A stretch of DNA of 64,000 bases from Eledone cirrhosa (Eukaryota): contig OZ024745.1 of the NCBI GenBank assembly GCA_964016885.1, forward strand, positions 45,632,001 to 45,696,000. The letters run 5' to 3'. This document shows positions 57,366-64,000 of the stretch, piece by piece. How positions within the stretch are numbered: the stretch's first letter is position 1; each line of letters begins with the position of its first letter. Below the pieces are notes generated by a model, which was given only the letters and a program-made list of their open reading frames with translations, did not search any database and had not been told where the DNA came from. The position numbers and the translations under genes are program-made.

Positions 57366-57587
57366 TTGAATTAGTATGGTATAGACAAGTACATATGTTG
57401 TTTAGGTGTATGATATTGTCAATACTCTGATATGCCCAGTTCCTTGTTGGGTTGTTAATTCACTGGGGTCATATGACTCCAGTTCCCCAGTGAATTAACA
57501 ACCCAACAAGGAACTGGGCATATCAGAGTATTGACAATATCATACACCTAAACAACATATGTACTTGTCTATACCATACTAATTCAA

Positions 57588-57642
57588 ACTGCCTGAAGAG
57601 GTCACAGCCAAAGATGGCTGTCACTGAAATATATATAGCAGT
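57588..57642 (+). ncRNA. Type I hammerhead ribozyme (right arm)
   Basis: Exact inverted copy of 57311-57365. Confidence 0.85.
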
Positions 57643-57725
57643 AATAAACGAAGCTAAATTTTAATCATTTGACTTTTATTTAACTTTATTTTATATATAT
57701 ATATATATATGTATATATATTTATA

Positions 57726-57803
<78 letters not shown>

Positions 57804-57893
57804 TTCGTTCGTGCGCCTACTATCACATTTATATACACATTATACACATTATTACATCCACCCTAGAAATAAAGTGAAAATGAATATACTTAC

Positions 57894-57962
57894 TGTACTG
57901 TATTGAGATGCATTTTTGAAAACTTCTCTAGCTATTGGATGAGGCGTATTGGGTGTAGGAGC
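57894..57962 (-). CDS. RET: RET 69-nt ectodomain exon ([23 protein letters not shown])
   Basis: cttatag| acceptor, ACA|gtaagt donor, phase 0-0 links the flanking exons; not shown in this frame in the ORF track. Confidence 0.7.
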
Positions 57963-58069
57963 CTATAAGATATAATAAGTGATCATTAATGGTAGCAAAC
58001 ACATTAGATTCGAAGGAAATACCCTGGTGTCCTTGGCGGGTCACCTCCCTACTCACCACCATCGCGACG

Positions 58070-58455
58070 CAGAGCTGGCTAGCCGCAGGTTTGAGCCTCA
58101 CGAGCTGGAATGGTTCTTTCAACGCATCTCCCTCACCATCCTCCGGGAAAACGCCTTCTCTATTCTTTCCACCGGGGTCGCGGGGCAGCCGACGCATGGG
58201 ACTCAATTTGCTCATAATAGTAAAAGATGGGGAGGGCGAGAGAGACGGAGGTGATGACAGTGGGAGTTTTCTTCTTCTGTGTTCGGACTTGGTGGACATG
58301 CGTGTGTAATTATCAGATTATGCTACTTTTTAGGACCGCATACTAATAGGGCTTTTCTTTTAATTCGTGCACCTTACAACTTAAGAGATGGGGAGGGCGA
58401 GAGAGATTGAGGCGATGACAGTGGGAGTTCGGCTCCTCTGTGTTCGGACCTGGTG
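58070..58455 (+). mobile_element. CRE-like RLE retrotransposon 3' end remnant
   Basis: FFQRISLTILRENAFSIL resembles the CRE C-terminal QRxSxxIxRxNA motif; duplicated 3' segment 58226-58295 / 58387-58455. Confidence 0.5.
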
Positions 58456-58624
58456 TATGTGTATGCGCATGCTTACTGCCTTATCACACAAATGAAACTA
58501 ATATATTAACTAGTTCAACCACTGACTTGAAGCTTATCTTAGAGTTTATCTAGAAACTGAAACGTATCAAAATTACATATATTCATACATTGATACATAC
58601 ACACATACTTACATACTTACATAC

Positions 58625-58655
<31 letters not shown>

Positions 58656-58707
58656 CATACATACATACATACATACATACATACATACATACATACATAC
58701 ATACATA

Positions 58708-59400
58708 CCAAATATCTGCTGCACAAAAGAGGAGGGCCAGCAGCTGACAATAAATGTAGGCTATGTAAAACAAAGATCGAAGATGTAAGCCACATTGTTG
58801 CCAACTGCGAAAGAATGTCATCTCGCTACTACCTCCCCCATGAGACACGATGGGATAGCTAGAACCATCTGAAACGCACTTCGGAAAACAAAATTAAAAG
58901 CAAACGAGGAAGAATATATTGAGACAGATGGCACTAAGGAATACTGGTGGAACCTGAAAATAAAAACTGCCACCAAATTAAAGCACAACCGGCTTGGTAT
59001 TGTTGTTTGGGACCACACATTGAAAACGTGTTCTGTTGTAGAGATCAGCTGCCCACTTGATGTAAACGTTGTCAGAAAATGCAGAAGGAGGACATCTACG
59101 GACCATTGATGAGGAGTTTACCAATCCAGTATCGAAGACACCTTTAGCTTCATACCCATCATTATTGGAGCTACGGGTTATATACCAACCCGCTTGGACC
59201 AATTTATAACTGAACTTGGATTTGCGGACAAAGAGCGCAGCTCCCTAATTCATAGACTACAAATGGCTGCGATGGTTGGCACCTTGAAAGTTTGCAAAAC
59301 ATTCTTCCGATTCAAGGGATGACAATTTCTTATCTCTTACAACCTTGCCACCAGGAAGGTGGCCGGTCAAAAATATACTCGAAATTAAGAGAAAGAGAGA
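58708..59400 (+). mobile_element. R4-like RLE LINE 3' fragment, family A, in (CATA)n
   Basis: CCHC knuckle CRLCKTKIEDVSHIVANC, then EYWWN..KHNR..VEISCP RLE with frameshifts; CATA flanks; 3' end repeated at 28510-28675. Confidence 0.85.
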
Positions 59401-59411
59401 CAGACATACAT

Positions 59412-60612
59412 ACATGTCACATCATATCCCTCCGACAACATCTACTAACCTCGACGTGTAGGAGCCCGTTTCTCGAGCAAGTCTATCTGCATGAAACAGA
59501 TAAGATCATGAGATTTGGGAAGGAACTCCTCGAGAGATATTCCCTGTGTGATAATCAAAAAGGGAAGTCGCTCAGCAGTATCGCAGTGAATCCATGGATG
59601 AAAAACTGCATGCTTATCAGCAAAAAATCATGCATGGATATGTTGCCAGGAAGCTCCAGAGTGAGAGTAATATAGATAAGGAAAGTAGTCTATCTTGGAC
59701 CAACAACCCCTATATTGGCTCCCACTTTAAAGGATACGCTTTTGCAATCCAAGAACAGGAAATTAACACGAAATACCTGATTCACAAAAAAGATAGGGAT
59801 GCAGGCAAAACACCTAGATGTGATAACAAGTACAGACTCTGCAGAACTAACATCGAGGATATCACCCATGTCATCAGCAGCTGTCCAAAGATGTCATCGC
59901 GGTACTATCTACCTATGAGGCATGATGTAGTGGCCAAAACACTGTACAATGCAATCCGTAAAAAAGATAGCCCCGATAATAAACACATTAAAAGCTACAG
60001 CAATGTGGAAGACATCCATGTACATAATATGAAAGAGTACTGGTGGAATGTTCCAGTAAAAACCCCAATAAAATGCAGGCATAACAGACCAGATATTATA
60101 TGGGGCAGGGAGAAGAAAGCATGCACAGCAGTGGAAATTAGCTGCCCAGAAGATGCCAATATAATATCAAAGATTAACGAAAAGGAGAATATTTATACAG
60201 AACTGATGAGAAATCTGCAGATACTCCACCCTAATTACACCTTCAGATTTATGCCTGTGATTATTGGAGCACTGGGATATGTTAGTACCTGCCTCAATAC
60301 AAATTTTGAGAAGCTAGGCCTCACAGGAACAGAAAGAACACAACTAGTTAAGAAATTACAAGTACAATCCAGTACAAATATGTAAAACATTCCAAAGATT
60401 TTGCATCTAATAACTGCATATACACATGCACACATACAACTCAAAACACACATCCACACATACAATAACATCCATATCTACACATGCATGCAGACATACA
60501 TACATATTTACATAGTTGATGTGTAAATTCCAATGAGAGAGTCTTGTGTCTATGTTAGAAACCGACTCTCTATTGAGAAAAAATATGTGAAATTATAAAA
60601 CCAGAAGAACAT
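59412..60612 (+). mobile_element. R4-like RLE LINE 3' fragment, family B, ending in (CATA)n
   Basis: 263-aa ORF with AIQEQEINT, CCHC remnant, RHD, RPDI..VEISCP, PVIIGALG; 3' UTR recurs four times in the window. Confidence 0.88.
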
Positions 60613-61039
60613 ACATACATTATATTTAATTTGGTTTTATTACTAATAAATATTAATTTGTTCGTTTAGTCTTCCAGAAATTTTTAACGGACATCGTTGA
60701 TAGAAAAAAATTATGTTATTTATGTTTTTTAATAGATTTTGCGAAAACAGTACAGAAGAAAAAAAACAAAAAAAGGAAATCTCTTCCTTTATTGATAGAA
60801 ACGTTCGTAAGTAAAGTAAATAATCTAATGTAATTTAATCCTGGTTATTTTTATTCTTTTTCTATTTGCTCTCTGATATTGTAAAACTACTGTGATTGGA
60901 TTATGCCCTGACTTGTATTTTACCTATCTTCCTTTCGTCAGTGAAATTGATCTTTCGAATAACATCCTATTTGAGCCTTGAATTATTATTTGCCTTATAT
61001 GGTTGTGTTATCAACTATTATATATATATATATATATAA

Positions 61040-61302
61040 TAAGGGTTGACGGACCCAGCATATTTATCAATGCCTGTACCGGTTGTATCTCAGCGCACTC
61101 AATGGGCAATGTAAGATACATTACCAGAGTATACACATAGTTATTTGCCTCAACACAACACACGTAAAACGGGTGCCTATAAGGTACCCGGACTCGAGTT
61201 TCTGCCGCACTAATGCAGCAGTAAGGTGCACTGCACCATCTGTCTGCATATATTATGCAACAATGCACATTCGGCTTATGCGGCTTCATCAGCGGGTATC
61301 GA
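61040..61302 (-). mobile_element. Non-palindromic PLE-type terminal insert carrying an intact HHR
   Basis: TA-flanked; HHR 61185-61298 followed by a tail with GAGTGC. Confidence 0.7.
61185..61298 (-). ncRNA. Type I hammerhead ribozyme with ~80-nt stem II
   Basis: TACCCG-CTGATGA-AGCCGCAT...GTGCGGCA-GAAA-CTCGAG-TC-CGGGTA; canonical GUC site, palindromic TCGA loop III. Confidence 0.88.
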
Positions 61303-61319
61303 TATATATATATATATAG

Positions 61320-61519
61320 AAGTGGTTACACAACAGTTAGTTCACCATACCGAGAACAATTGTTTCACCTTAGCGGATCTTCAGATTACGAGGTGAAGAT
61401 CCGCTAAGGTGAAACAATTGTTCTCGGTATGATGAACTAACTGTTGTGTAACCACTTCTACCTAACTCGTCCCATTCTGAGTGCTCTACCACTACGGATA
61501 TTACCTTCCAGTGTTCTAC

Positions 61520-61523
<4 letters not shown>
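61320..61523. mobile_element. Palindromic HHR insert, copy of 48812-49027
   Basis: Sequence match; arms 61320-61383 / 61393-61456. Confidence 0.75.
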
Positions 61524-61566
<43 letters not shown>

Positions 61567-61733
61567 TTTTATTAAGGCTACATAGTGAGATTTGTTACTC
61601 TGGAGTTTCAGTTAGGGACCTTGTGTGAAGCAGGTGAATCTCCAGCGTAACAGATTCACTATTTAGCCCTAATAAAATGAATTCTTAAACTCTAGTTCTG
61701 TATTAAGTAATCTTTTCTCTCAATCAACTACAT

Positions 61734-61797
<64 letters not shown>

Positions 61798-61856
61798 TGT
61801 GGTTACCCCCGATTGAACCCGGGACACACGGACACACACTCATATATATATGTATA

Positions 61857-62033
61857 ACGAAGGAAATATGGTAAGGAACCAGATAGACCATAACGCACCA
61901 AAGTACTCAATACTTAGGGTAGTAGAGTGGGTAATAGGAACAAATATGACCCCGACGGCAGAGCTCAAGCCGTTTCGACGGCTAATTCTGGACTAAAAAA
62001 AATGTTTTCATAGCATTTGGGGTCATACTTGTT

Positions 62034-62037
<4 letters not shown>
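61857..62037. mobile_element. 3267-family PLE-type insert
   Basis: aacgaaggaaat...aaagtactcaatacttaggg...gaccccgacggc matches 3267-3395. Confidence 0.7.
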
Positions 62038-62077
<40 letters not shown>

Positions 62078-62136
62078 TCAATTCAGTAAAATTTTTTGAA
62101 AGCTTCAATGCAGAAATATATCTAAATAGAACTAAC

Positions 62137-62402
62137 CTTTGTAACTGGAAGATGCGCATGTCGCGGAAACCTTGTTATGCGTTTCTCCTGAACGGTTTTA
62201 GGTCGTGTAATCGTCAGTGAAAGTGGTCTTTCGAATGAAATTCTTTCGCAAGATCCATTTGGGGATTGTTTTGAAACTGTACACCTAATTATGAAATCAA
62301 ACTTCTTGACATTCTCTAAGGCATCAATGTTGTTTAAGGTCATCTCAGACGTTGTATTGTCAATAGTTAATATTTCAGAAGCATCTATTTGGCCTGATTT
62401 AC
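62137..62402 (-). CDS. RET: RET receptor tyrosine kinase, ectodomain (cadherin-like) exon; upstream exons lie beyond the window
   Basis: ttccag|GT acceptor and AAG|gttagt donor; open frame GKSGQIDASEILTIDN...HLPVTK; phase 0 matches the next exon; same strand as and upstream of the clear RET exons. Confidence 0.75.
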
Positions 62403-62486
62403 CTGGAAGACATAAGAAATATCCATTATCACAATATTTCACATTTATGCATATATAATAATATACATATATATATATATACTTAC

Positions 62487-62547
<61 letters not shown>

Positions 62548-63258
62548 GCTGTGTAAACATAGACATTCAGCAGGAAACTTGCTCACAGTGCAACGTGTTT
62601 ATTTTGTATCGAGCGATTCTGCTAAGATTTCTTGCTCACAACCGTAATTTTATGTAACTCTAGGGCTGAAGTTAGGGATTCTCGCGTCTCCAGTAGACTA
62701 AACGTAGACTAGTAAGATGAGGGTGGTAAGTTCTCCTCAGACCAGACACCTAATCCAAATGCTTGCAACAAAGGCACTCAAAACACAAGGTAGGGGTGCT
62801 TAATTGGCCGTCAGATTATTCGGTCAGGAGCTGTAGGTGCATAAGAGGTCGACACCAAAGCTATATTTATTTACAATATTTAAGTGACATGACTGTAAAT
62901 GTTGCCATGTTATACTTGGGGAATTTAGTCACGTTTGAAGATGAAATTATGAAATTCAATATTAGTTATTATCATGGGAGGAGATGAAGTCAGAATTAAA
63001 AGCAAATAGAAAATATGTCACGTTTTGCAGTACTGTCACTATTTGCTGTGCTACAGAACTAATGAATATTTTATGAGGCATAGTCTAATCGCTACGTTAG
63101 TGACAAGATGCAATTGAACTCCTTGTGTGATCGGCGGTCAATCAGACTTGTATATTATCGGCAATTCGTAGGGTGGCCTCCTTTACCGATGGAAAACATT
63201 AACTATTTCATAAAATTTCTTACCTAGGGTCCTTGCCTAGAGGCTCTATTTCGTCATG

Positions 63259-63375
<117 letters not shown>

Positions 63376-63709
63376 TGATAATCAACTCTTGTCCAAGTGT
63401 CCCAGTATGAACAGTTATTTGACACTGACAGTATTTCTTAATGAGCAAAAGCAAAGGCAATAGTGTTCTTATCTGATTGGGTGTCATAGAACGGCAACGA
63501 TATTAAACCAACGATATATCCGCAGGAGTAATGAAAATATAGAAGTGGCACATTTTTCATCACAGACGCTCGTGCTACCCTCACCATATCAACAATAGTT
63601 GAAAAATCCACTGTCTGTTTCTTGTTCCAAGAATTTTATGCTCATGAAATTCATTACGATGAACGAAGTGTGCGCAAAACTAGATTTACTTTTTAGCTAA
63701 AGCAGTAAT

Positions 63710-63950
63710 GGAGGCGCGTGGCCTAATGGTAATCATAATGTCGTGGGTTCGATACATGGGCTGGTTTCTTTTGGCATGTTCTTGAGCTTCATTTCGCGTT
63801 CTAGTATACTCAGCTGAAATTGAGTACCAGCTCTAGCTGGAGGTTTAACCCTGCGATGGACTGGCGTCTTTTCTCATGGAATGTCAAGTACTCTCAGTCA
63901 CTAAACGCCACAGATAAGACCCGGTTTGATGAGCCACAGGGGATTTACAA
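63710..63950 (+). mobile_element. Second tRNA-derived SINE family
   Basis: ggaggcgcgtggcctaatggt head, ggttcgat B box, aaccctgcgatggactggcgtc core. Confidence 0.6.
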
Positions 63951-64000
63951 CAGAGTATTCACTTGTGGGGGCTTAGAGGTAAGGGAGTTGTATTCGCAAT

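Noticed and set aside
57928-58299. 123-aa minus-strand ORF as a RET exon
   Set aside because: The true exon is 57894-57962 in another frame; the rest is the antisense of a retroelement remnant.

Overview
AT-rich animal genomic DNA saturated with (TA)n, (CA)n, (CATA)n and (TAA)n microsatellites. The tRNA-derived SINE families and overall composition point to an octopod cephalopod, which is an inference. The right half (~30.2 kb to beyond 64 kb) holds the 3' two-thirds of a RET receptor tyrosine kinase gene on the minus strand: 16 coding exons read by hand, all GT-AG and phase-consistent, covering the cadherin-like and Cys-rich ectodomain, TM, kinase and tail. The rest is mobile DNA: an apparently intact Penelope-like element (PLE, 709 aa RT + GIY-YIG), a disrupted PLE, a decayed PLE, R4/Dong-type RLE LINE fragments in (TAA)n and (CATA)n, RTE and CRE-like fragments, and many SINEs. 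The most striking structure not explained by the ORF track is a dense set of short, mostly palindromic inserts in (TA)n tracts. They belong to about 10 sequence-unrelated families that carry type I hammerhead ribozymes (HHRs) or HHR halves. Most share a Y-GAGTRC-Y-like motif 35-55 nt from their 3' junction. One family forms a ~437-bp tandem, retrozyme-like unit. The intact PLE carries a non-canonical U4A hammerhead core. Most long 'YIYI/HTHT/CVCV' ORFs in the track are microsatellite artefacts.
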